From Centroscyllium fabricii (lineage: Eukaryota), in assembly GCA_051313645.2 (NCBI GenBank), contig JBNRSN020000029.1, positions 41,044,001 to 41,108,000 of the forward strand: a stretch of DNA of 64,000 nucleotides, in the 5' to 3' direction. Shown in pieces: positions 1-9,932 of the stretch. A program made the position numbers and the translations under genes. Below the pieces are notes generated by a model. It saw only the letters and a list, made by a program, of their open reading frames with translations. It did no database searches and had not been told where the DNA came from. Position 1 is the first letter of the stretch. Every line of letters starts with the position of its first letter.

Positions 1-160
1 TTTAAATCGGAGATTGGAAGATATTCGTTAACAAATATTATTACAGTTTATCGGCCATAGGCAGGTATATGGAGTTAGATCGCAGATCACTCGTGATCTG
101 ATTGAGTGGCAGAGCAGGATCGAGGGGCTACAAGGCCTAGGCCTTTTCCTATGCTCATAT
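1..160 (+). mobile_element. CR1 LINE 3' end fragment (degraded)
   Basis: Resembles the CR1 3' UTR seen in other copies in this window (gatctgattgagtggcagagcaggatcgaggggc...ggcctaggccttttcctatg). Confidence 0.7.
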
Positions 161-876
161 GATTTTGTCTGTATTGTTTCGTAGCAGTACCTCGAATTTA
201 TAAGCCAGGTGTACCGCTTTTAAGATGACAAGTAATGAATGTTTCAGTATTCAAAATATTGCTGCTATCAGACAAAAGGCCGATTTGTATTTACTCCTCC
301 ATATACAGTATATCGAGGGAGCTCTTTCAGTCGATCACATGACATATATTGTAAATACGTGTTTCCAGCAGATTAGGTTATTCATACAGGAAGAAAGCGA
401 TCGTGTTCTTTATCACAGCTTTTCTTTGCTTTTCGAAATCGTGGTAACTTCTTATTTTTATTACTGGGATGAAAAATAGATTCAGAATATGGAATTGGAC
501 TATTATCGCCGCTAGAATTTTTTTTAATATACTTTATATCAAATACGTCATTTTATTTTATTTGTATAATGAACTGTTCTTTTATGTAACTGAATGGTAT
601 GTATGTTGTTAATCCTTTTAAAATGAGTTGTGGGCAATACAGCAATGTCCTCTGTTCCCTGATTCCCTATGAGTGAGGAAGTCAAAGGAGCACCGCCCCA
701 CGTGATCCCAGGTTCACATGTACACAGCGGTGTTCTCTGTGCACAACTCCTCAGCATTTGATTGCAAGTTATCGACGCAGGATTCTGATGATTCTTACGA
801 AATATAGCGGCGTATTCCGTTTCTATGCTGCCAGCAGCGAACCCAGTGCCGACTATAATAATGCCACCTAGATAGT

Positions 877-1690
877 GGGCCTGATTTTCCGAACGGAGGC
901 TTCCTGCGTCCGGAGGCTTCACAGAATCATGGAACCCCTACAGTGCAGATAGAGGCCATTTAGGCCCATCGAACCTGCATCGACACATATCCCATCCTAT
1001 TCCCGTAACCCCACATATTTAATCCCCCTAACACTAAGGGTCAATTTATCCTGGCCAATCAACCTAACCCGCACATCTTCGGACTGTGGGAGGAAACCAG
1101 AGCACCCGGAGGAAACCCACAAAGACCCGGAGAGAATTTGCAAACTCCACACAGTCACCCTTGCCGGATTTGAAACCGTGCCCCTGGCGCTGTGAGGAAA
1201 CAGTACTAACCACTATGCCACCGTGCCGCCCACTTCAGATCTGGAAATATCTACGAATTTACCTGAGGGCTGCCGAGGTCTGGACACTTCTGCTCCTGGG
1301 CCTCTCCAAACTCGAACTGCACAGGGCCCACGTTTACCAGGAGCCGATGGAGTTCGCAAGTGTCCCTGAGATCAAGTGGGCCTAGGAGAACCAACAGGAG
1401 AAAGGAATCTCACTTCATCAACTTGACAGATCGAACTGTCTAATATATGAATGGAAATCGCCCCAAAAATACAATGAAACATTAAATAAATTTAAGCACG
1501 TTTTTAGAAGAGTTGAAATTACAATACATTTAATTATTTAAATAAAATTTTAATTTTTGAAAATAATTAAAGATTTTTACGGGTCTAAAATCAGCCTACC
1601 TCTTTCAAAAATATTTTTGAATTATAAATGAGTTGAAAACATTTTTAAAACATTTTTTACCAACTCTTGTGTTGGTAAAACCTTTTTTTA
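877..1690. mobile_element. Old non-autonomous DNA transposon fragment, interrupted by a SINE
   Basis: Starts with a TIR-like gggcctgattttccg and has a GC-rich arm followed by an AT-rich core, like the related copies near 4820-5140 and 27330-28010. Confidence 0.45.
922..1231 (-). mobile_element. tRNA-derived V-type SINE with CR1-like tail
   Basis: The minus strand starts GGGCGGCACGGTGGCATAGTGGTTAG (A box) and has GGTTTCAAATCC (B box). It contains the V-domain-like GGGTTTCCTCCGGGTGCTCTGGTTTCCTCCCACAGTCC and a CR1-type tail. Confidence 0.85.
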
Positions 1691-2160
1691 AATTGTTACG
1701 ATAGAAAAGAATCAGCGGAGCAGGATTGAATACCTTTCGCTGCTTAACGGTAGCAGTACGTCTACAGGACGAGAAACGAGCACAGAGTCAGTTGATGAGC
1801 TCAATGCGCTTTACTGGGACTGACTACATATTATGACAATAGCACAAAGCAGACTTCAAAGAATAACTAAAGTGAATGTGGGGAAAGTTAACTAAGTATA
1901 TGTGTGAAGAAATGCTTTCAATTACATTGATGTTAAGCGTTGTTGGTAGGATGTTACTGGTAATTAGGATTTTAAAAGCGTATTGAGCGCTATAAGGAAG
2001 TTCTCTCCCTGAAAACGAATGTTTCTACTCGTTGGGTATCATATTCTTCGATTACGATAAAAATTACAATGTTTGAAAACCTTCAAAATACAATTGCCAA
2101 AAAATTGCAGTCGGGGACTTACCACCGGAGTATGCCTTTGACCCGCAAAAGTTCACCAAG
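1690..2160 (-). repeat. Left arm of an old inverted duplication (partner about 5070-5560)
   Basis: Its reverse complement aligns colinearly with 5070-5560, e.g. CAACGCTTAA(C/T)ATCAATGT, GAAGCATTTCTTCA and TGACTCTGTGCT. Identity is roughly 70-75% by eye. Confidence 0.8.
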
Positions 2161-2234
2161 AAATTTACTTTCAGTTGCGCCGTGTTGAAATATTTTCCCA
2201 ATGCCTGCGCACTAATTGCCCAACAAACTCTTAT

Positions 2235-3325
2235 TGTAACGGAATGTGGTGGGGCCCAAATGCAGAGACACTGAAACGTCTTTCTAGAGCAAAACTCCTT
2301 TAATATAAACAGATTACCGAAAACCCAATAAATGCATTCATACACAAATATATATACACATCTAAACAAGTCTTTGCTGAAGACTGGCACAAGTTTCCAA
2401 CAGTTACAAAAATACAGAGATAGAGAAAGAAAACAGGTTCCCTTCGGAACTGGCACCAAACTTCCCAAAGTTGTGTGGAATGCTACGCAGCCAAGCGCAC
2501 CATTGAGTAGAGGAATGCTACGCAGCCAAGCGCATCATTGACTAGAGGAATACATGTCCAAAACCTGAATACAGGTGGGTGCAAGCTATGTCCTGGATAA
2601 GTACTGGAACTCTCCCATGGTCCGCCCTACAGCTGGAACCCATCTCTCCCGGAGTTTTCAGAAGGAGAATCCAAGTACTGGAACTCTCCCATGGTCCGCC
2701 CTACAGCTGGAACCCATCTCTCCCGGAGTTTTCAGAAGGAGAATCCATCCTTAATCCTTGGGACTCCTTACATACCCTACAGCAACGTCCATACCTGAGT
2801 TCGGGTGATAATGACCAAATGTCCAAGGAGTAGATACGGGATCTCTTCCGAGTCCGCCCTGCGGTCGAGACTCACTCCCACGGAGTCTTCTGAGGAAGAG
2901 AATACCTGATCCACTAGCAGGGGAACGTCCTTACTCGACAGATGAATGTCCAAGCCTGAGCTTCATGTAGCAGAGTGCAATGTCCAGGCTGAGCGATTGA
3001 ACTCCCAAACCCATTGCCTCTCCAGCAGCTCAGAAACAGCAACCAACTCTTCCAGTAGTTTGAAGAAAAGTCAATTCAATCCAATGAATCCAGCTAATGA
3101 TCCCGCACCTGTCTCGTCAAGACCTCCAGCTTATGAGCCAACCCGGCAAACAGATCACTTGGTGTTAGCCAATAAGCTGCAGGCAACGAGAACAGGGACA
3201 CACAGGCAAGTGAAACAGATAATCGATAAGATAATATAATAACAGGGGAACATGTCCTCAATACAGCTGTGCTGCACACAACCAAGCTGTCTTTGAAACC
3301 TTAAAGGGACAGGCACCCTGTGACA
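2235..3325 (-). repeat. 3' LTR of the mini LTR element (1091 bp)
   Basis: About 98% identical to 3494-4510, apart from a 74-bp tandem duplication. Confidence 0.92.
2599..2746. repeat. Perfect 74-bp x2 tandem duplication, present in one LTR only
   Basis: AAGTACTGGAACTCTCC...GGAGAATCC occurs at 2599-2672 and 2673-2746, but once in the other LTR. This explains the 1091 vs 1017 bp length difference. Confidence 0.95.
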
Positions 3326-3481
3326 GAACCCCCCCCTTAAAGGGACGACTGCGACGGCCCAAATACCCAAAATGCCGGAATAGGGTGGGCGGAGGGGTAC
3401 GGAGAAGAGACAACCGTCCTCCAGGAAAAAGGAAACTTAACGAGTGCTAGACGCTACAGTGTCTGCTGGGCCCCAAAACTG

Positions 3482-3493
3482 GCGGGATCATTC
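3482..3493 (-). promoter_or_regulatory. Self-priming primer-binding site (non-tRNA)
   Basis: Minus-strand GAATGATCCCGC next to the 5' LTR. Eleven nt are complementary to GCGGGATCATT inside the LTR (plus-strand AATGATCCCGC at 4281-4291). Confidence 0.75.
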
Positions 3494-4510
3494 TGTAACG
3501 GAATGTGGTGGGTCCCAAATGCAGAGACACTGAAACGTCTTTCTAGAGCAAAACTCCTTTAATATAAACAGATTACCGAAAACCCAATAAATGCATTCAT
3601 ACACAAATATATATACACATCTAAACAAGTCTTTGCTGAAGACTGGCACAAGCTTCCTACAGTTACAAAAATACAGAGATAGAGAAAGAAAACAAGTTCC
3701 CTTCGGAACTGGCACCTAACATCCCAAAGTTGTGTGGAATGCTACGCAGCCAAGCGCACCATTGAGTAGAGGAATGCTACGCAGCCAAGCACATCATTGA
3801 CTAGAGGAATACATGTCCAAAACCTGAATACAGGTGGGTGCAAGCTATGTCCTGGATAAGTACTGGAACTCTCCCATGGTCCGCCCTACAGCTGGAACCC
3901 ATCTCTCCCGGAGTTTTCAGAAGGAGAATCCATCCTTAATCCTTGGGACTCCTTACATACCCTACAGCAACGTCCAAACCTGAGTTCGGGTGATAATGAC
4001 CAAATGTCCAAGGAGTAAATACTGGATCTCTTCCGAGTCCGCCCTGCGGTCGAGACTCACTCCCACGGAGTCTTCTGAGGAAGAGAATACCTGATCCACT
4101 AGCAGGGGAACGCCCTTACTCGACAGATGAATGTCCAAGCCTGAGCTTCAGGTAGCAGAGTGCAATGTCCAGGCTGAGCGATTGAACTCCCAAACCCATT
4201 GCCTCTCCAGCAGCTCAGAAACAGCAACCAACTCTTCCAGTAGTGTGAAGAAAAGTCAATTCAATCCAATGAATCCAGCTAATGATCCCGCACCTGTCTC
4301 GTCAAGACCTCCAGCTTATGAGCCAAACCGGCAAACAGATCACTTGGTGTTAGCCAATAAGCTGCAGGCAACGAGAACAGGGACACACAGGCAAGTGAAA
4401 TAGATAATCGATAAGATAATAGAATAACAGGGGAACAAGTCCTCAATACAGCTGTGCTGCACACAACCAAGCTGTCTTTGAAACCTTAAAGCGACAGGCA
4501 CCCTGTGACA
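3494..4510 (-). repeat. 5' LTR of the mini LTR element (1017 bp)
   Basis: The minus strand runs TGTCACA...CGTTACA. It has a TATA-like CATAAG near 4315-4320 and an ATTAAA poly(A) signal at 3558-3563. Confidence 0.92.
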
Positions 4511-5069
4511 CTTATGGCTCGTAAAAGCAGGCGTAGGGCCTGCTGTCAACAGCATATTGGTTATTATCAACCTTAAATTAAATATATTCAACTGAAGAAT
4601 TATGCACACACACGTAAAATTAGTTTATGCAAGTGTTGCCCCTGATTACATTTTTAAAATTACTTTTCAAAAATTAAGTTTTATTGTAACTGCTGTAATG
4701 AAGATATTTCTAGTTGCATTTTGCAATCAGGTCATCTATATTTATAACAGTTGTCTAAATTGTTTTAATTATTTGGAGATTCCAGGAGGATTTATTGGGG
4801 ATTTCGTTCAGAAATTGAATCCTCATTTCTTATTGAATAACCTGGCCCACGGGATCGCAGAGAAACTTCCGAAACGCTCATATCCCTGGGATCCGTGGGC
4901 CTTTATGCAGGCATATGCCTGGAGGTCCATGGCCAGCTTTGCTGAACCCTTGGGAGCTTGCAAGATCACATTTCGTTGTTCATGTACTTGTACATTGCAT
5001 AATGACAATAACGTTGAATTATTATTATTATTATTATTAGTACACTCATTAGTTTTGGAGCGAGGATGT

Positions 5070-5560
5070 AAGTTCATAGATCTTTCACGGGTCAGAGATG
5101 AACCCCGGTGGTACGTCCCCAACTGCAAATTCAGGGCCATTGTTTTTTGAAGTTTTCTAAACATTGCTTTTTTTATCATAAAAGATAAAAATGACACTCT
5201 GCTAGTAAGAAATTTTGTTTTTCAGAGAGAAAACGTTTGTATACCAGTCAATACGCCATTAAAACCCTAGTTACCAGTTGCAACTTTTCCTACAACGCTT
5301 AATATCAATGTTCATGGAAGCATTTCTTCAAACAAACGCTTAGTTAAATTTCTGCACATGTACATTTCTGATTACTCTTGAATCTGGTTTCTCCTATTGC
5401 CATGTTATGTAGTCAGTCGCAGTAAAACACATTGATCTCATCAATTGACTCTGTGCTAGTTTGGCATTCCTATATCGTCCTTCTAGACCAACCGCTACCG
5501 TTTAGTTGCGAAAGGTAATCAATTCTGCTCCTCTGATTCTTCTCTGTGATAACTTTTCTG
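5070..5560 (+). repeat. Right arm of the old inverted duplication (partner about 1690-2160)
   Basis: Colinear with the reverse complement of 1690-2160. Confidence 0.8.
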
Positions 5561-5715
5561 TGGCTTCACTTATGGCATTCCTAAGTGTTACAGTTTGGTC
5601 AGCATATTTTCAGCAATGGTACCATCTGTCCCCAGATCGTCACCTCTGGAGAACTGCTAACTCTCAACTTCTGCATCCACAGCTTAATTGGTTGCACATT
5701 GTCTGTTTCCAGCTA

Positions 5716-6640
5716 TAGAAACATATAAAAATAGAGTATAGGAGCAGGAGTAGGCCATTCGGCCCCTCGAGCCTGCTCTGCCATTCAATGAGGTCAAAGC
5801 GGCTCATCCAAACTCAGTACCCTGTCCCTGCCTTCTCTCAATATCCCTTGATCCCTCTAGCCTTAAGACATATATCTGACTCCTTCTTAAATATATTTAA
5901 TGAATTGGCCTCCAAGGCCTCCTGTGGCAGAGAATTTCACAGGTACACCATTCTCTGGGTGAAGAAATTCTTCCTCATCTCTGTCCTAAATGGCTTACCT
6001 CTTCTCCTTAGACTGTGACCCCTGGCTCTGGACTCCCCCACCATCGGGAAAATCCTTTCTGCATCAAGTCGGTCACGTCCTGTTATAATTTTATAAGTTT
6101 CAATGAGGTACACACTCATTCTTCTAAACTCCAGCGAGTATAAGCACAATCGACCCAATCTCTCCTCATACGTCATTCTTGCCATCCCAGGTATCAGCCT
6201 GGTAAATCTTCGCTGCACTCCTTCCATGGCAAGAACATCGTTCCTCAGAAAAGACGGCCAAATCTGCACACAATGCTCAAGATGTGGTCTCACCAAGGCC
6301 CTGTGCAATTGCAGCAAGACATCCTTGTTCCTGTACTCAAACCTTCTCGCTATGAAGGCCAACATCCCATTTGCCTTCTTAACCGAGTGCGACACTTGCA
6401 TGCTTACCTACAGTGACTGGTGCACAAGTACATCCAGGTCTCGTTGCTCTTCCCCTTCTCCCAATCTATTGCCATTCAGATAATAATCTGTCTCCCTGTT
6501 TTTGGTACCAAAATGGATAACCTCGCATTTATCCACGTTATATTGCATCTGCCATGCTTCTGCCCGATCACCTAAACTGTCCAAATAATACTGGAGTTTC
6601 TCAGCATCCTCCTCACAGCACACATGTCCACCCATCTTGA
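5716..6640 (-). mobile_element. CR1 LINE, 5'-truncated (RT C-terminus and 3' UTR)
   Basis: ORFs 5937-6401 (KKANGMLAFIARRFEY...LVRPHLEHCVQIW) and 6408-6635 (WQMQYNVDKCEVIHFG) are typical CR1 ORF2 C-terminal sequence. Confidence 0.93.
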
Positions 6641-6708
6641 CAGCAGTAGCTTAAGCCCTCCATATCAGTCTGTGAGACTGACCATCGGTTACTTAGCCAA
6701 AACTCCTT

Positions 6709-7681
6709 GGGGGAAAAATTCGGTATCGCCCCGTTTGGGGCGCTATACTCGGCACAGCACTAAGTTCAGCGCCCAGCGTTAATTATTGCCTTCAACTACA
6801 AACCCTGGAGGTGACCGGAGCGCTAAACCAGGTGCTACACACCTCTCTTTAGGCGCAAAGGCCGGACAGGGCGTCATTACCTCAGAGCGCTTGCACAGCA
6901 CATGTGATGTCAGTCAGCAATGGAACACAGACACACTGGCACTGTTCAATTCTTAAAGTCGAGTACTGACGAATGGTCATCGACCTGAAACGTTAACTCT
7001 GCTTCTTTGTTCACCGATGCTGCTTGACCTGCTGAGTTTCTCTTGTATTATTTGTTTTCTTCTCAAATGGGAGGGTTGATCTAGCTCTCCATCCACATCC
7101 TGCTCATTGCAGCCTTGAACCTCAGCCTGGACAGAAAGGTACTTCAAATTTGCGGGGAAGAGCTACGGAGTGACCCAAGGAAAGAGCTGAGAGTGCAGCC
7201 CCCTCATTATCTTCTAAATCGATACAAGGAAATGAAAAGAAAAATGAACCTGCAAAGTACTGCTCAGTACCCAAAACTCCTTCACACAGTGTTGAATCTC
7301 TCAAGAAGTCTCTCTATCACTCACTCAGAATGCGTGGTGCAAAAAAGGCAGGTAGGAATCACATTTCAATAGCGTTCCCCAGTCCCTTTCTGACTGCAGA
7401 ACGCCCCCCTCAACCTATCTTTGTTAGCGGCAGGCAGTAAGGCAGGGGAAGTCACTCAATATCCACTCTGGGGCGCTCTGGTGCGATATGCACTCGAATG
7501 ACATCAGAATCTGCCGGCACAGGAGATCATGTTTGTAGTGTTTAGCACCGCCATAAAATGGCTAGTCAATTTCCCGACCGACGCCAAAATCGCTGCGCCC
7601 GGGTGCAAGTTGATTTGCGGCACCATTAGCGCCCTCCAAAGGCACCAATGGGAGGTTCGACCAAACGAATTCTCCCCCCCC
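6709..7681. mobile_element. Non-autonomous TIR DNA transposon (degraded)
   Basis: Imperfect terminal inverted repeats GGGGGAAAAATTCG and CGAATTCTCCCCCC, with GC-rich subterminal GGCGC motifs. Confidence 0.45.
6960..7060 (+). mobile_element. Penelope-like pLTR fragment with a minimal hammerhead core
   Basis: CTGACGA-atGGTCatcGACCt-GAAACGTTA followed by a PLE-type tail (gatgctgcttgacctgctgagt). Confidence 0.7.
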
Positions 7682-9024
7682 ACACTTGTTTTGCACCCCA
7701 AATTCGCTACTTGGATGGTCAGATATGCTGAGCAGGAAGGTTTTCAATTCAAAATTGTGTTTGAATCTGTGGTGAGGTATCCCCAGATATTTCAAAATGC
7801 ACACAAGAACAATGCCTAAAACCCACCCCATCTTTGCTCACTGCTGCTAAACCATTTAATCGGTTAACATTCCTTCAAAAATCCATCTTTCCAGCGCCAA
7901 CGCAGTCGTCGCTGTCAGCTTAGCTTACAGTAAAGACAGCTGTTAGAATACTACGTTGTGTAGATCTAATTACACGTGAAGACACGCTTGCTTATAAGCT
8001 TGATATTCCTAACCTCGCCTGGTTCGCAATCCCTCAACACACCAAAGTTTAAATGATTTTACCCCGCGTCCCTACAGAAAATAATAATAGCCGAGAGGAA
8101 AATTTGGTGACGGATCTGTTCCAATTACTTCTTTGCATCAATTCAGATTTTGTGAAATGGTAATTGTTTGGGAGCTGGAAGACAGAGTGTGGATTATGAG
8201 AAAGCTCACTGTTTGTTGATGTTCCTCAATTACTGACTCTGGGTCATTAGCTTAAAACCATCCATGTTAATAAATTGGATGACGCAATAGGTAATTATAT
8301 ATCCAGCTTTGCAGGTGACAGCAAGGTAAGCCATGCAGTAGGTTGTGTACCAATTGGAAAAAAATGTTCAGTTGATTGAAATTTCGCCTTGCTGGCACCA
8401 TCCCTGATTTGGGAAGGTTAACTTTAGCCTGATAATTCATAGAATATTTGTAGAACCACATATTTGAAAATTACCTTTCAGTTCCATTTTAGTTTCAGCT
8501 GAGGAGATAGAAAATACAGATCAGTATGGCGAATGATTTTGCATTTTTTGAAAATAATGTAAGTTAAGCTCACCAATGTTTATTCACTATTGTTTGTTTC
8601 TAATGGTTAAGTGCTGACATTTTTTGATCCGTGAATAATCATTTTCACTTGCTCATTATGTTTTCACGTTTGCACAATTTGCAATTGTTGAAATTAATAC
8701 AGTTCTCCGTTTTCTTAATTTTGTGGTTTGTAATTTCATCACATGGATGTTAAAGTTGCGAGTATGACATTGTTAGTACCATTATTTTAGGAAGTCGTTA
8801 ACCAGTTTAGAATTATAACTTATGGCCTATGAGTACTAAAACTTAGACAGACACAGTCAGTGTTAGCATATAAGGTGGATCAACTTGTATATACATATGA
8901 AATATATAAAATACTAAGAGAGCTACAGTATTAATTTAAGTCATTAAAGAAAGATAACTGCACGAGTGAGGTGTACAGGATAACTGTAATTCATAACGGT
9001 AGCATCGGTAGTCGTGTTTTTATT

Positions 9025-9852
9025 GGGCCAGAATTTCGGGTTTGACAGCTGGTGGGCAACTTGGACCATGCGGAGCACTTAAGAACCGCACCAACATCGG
9101 ACTTTTTTTACTCTCTGCATTTCGGCTCGGCTCCGCCCCCTTCCTGCACAACGTGGCAGTCCAGCCACGCTGGGAGCGCAGTGTATGCCCCGCCCACAGA
9201 TCCCAAATTTAAATAAAAACACGCCCACAGATCCCCAATTTAAATTAAAAAATGAGCACAGATCCCCAGTCGGTCCTTTGTGAGAGCAGGGACGTGAGGC
9301 TCTGCACTCACAGACTCGGCAGTGAGCAGCGCAGCCAGTTCAGCTTTTGACCGAAGGTAAGTCAGCGATTTTTTTCCCTTAGTTTTTTAACTTCACTAAA
9401 TTAGTTAAACATTTCAGAACTCTAAATTTAAAAATTAGCCATTTGGATTAGGTATAGCAATTCAAAATCGGATTTTTAAATTAAAAAAACAAACTTTAAC
9501 ATCGAAATTTAATGATACCGATCTGGCCACATTACTCCCCAAAACTGTTAACACTTAAAATTAAAGGTAAAACAGTAACTTACCTTGTTTAAGAACGTTT
9601 CTCTCACCCTCACCCACGGGTTACTGCAGGTTTTTTGAAGTGCATCTCAAGGCTTCGTTGCCCACGGAATCACGCAGCAAATTGACCCTTTTCCACCGGA
9701 AATCTTGGGTGCAACACACTCCTGCGTTTGATGCTGAGGGCCCTTCTCCCTCAGCATCGGAAATCTCGGATCCATGGGCATCTCCCGTGCGTTCATCGCA
9801 CGGGACATTTCTTTTGTGGGCATCTGGTTTGAGGCACCCGAAATTCTGGCCC
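9025..9852. mobile_element. Non-autonomous TIR element (PIF/Harbinger-ISL2EU-like), ATT TSD
   Basis: 17-bp TIR GGGCCAGAATTTCGGGT / ACCCGAAATTCTGGCCC, flanked by ATT on both sides. Confidence 0.85.
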
Positions 9853-9932
9853 ATTGTTTTTCATTGCTGGCACAATAAATTTCATTTCTGACATAAATTT
9901 CTCCCATGAAGTGTAACTAACGAATATCTTTC

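Larger units (their letters stand above)
2235..4510 (-). mobile_element. Non-autonomous Gypsy (Tf1/sushi-like) LTR element: two ~1-kb LTRs and a 168-bp internal region
   Basis: TG...CA LTRs at 2235-3325 and 3494-4510. 5-bp TSD CTTAT at 2230-2234 and 4511-4515. PPT (minus AAGGGGGGGGGTTC) at about 3326-3340. PBS-position GAATGATCCCGCC directly after the 5' LTR. No coding capacity. Confidence 0.92.

Noticed and set aside
2477-2746. Short direct repeats (35 bp x2, 74 bp x2) considered as a CRISPR-like array
   Set aside because: Head-to-tail tandem duplications without unique spacers, inside a eukaryotic LTR, with no cas genes.
2064-4470. Duplicated ORFs (97/90 aa, 134/75 aa, 63/63 aa) that look like tandem genes
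   Set aside because: They lie in the two LTRs, their stops differ between copies, and they have no protein motifs.
4602-5197. 182-aa and 124-aa overlapping ORFs
   Set aside because: They run through AT-rich DNA, a transposon remnant and a (TTA)n microsatellite (poly-L/poly-N), with no recognisable domain.
8475-8498. ETKMELK followed by a splice donor, resembling an Ig J segment (GTKLELK)
   Set aside because: No FGxG motif and no heptamer/nonamer recombination signal upstream.
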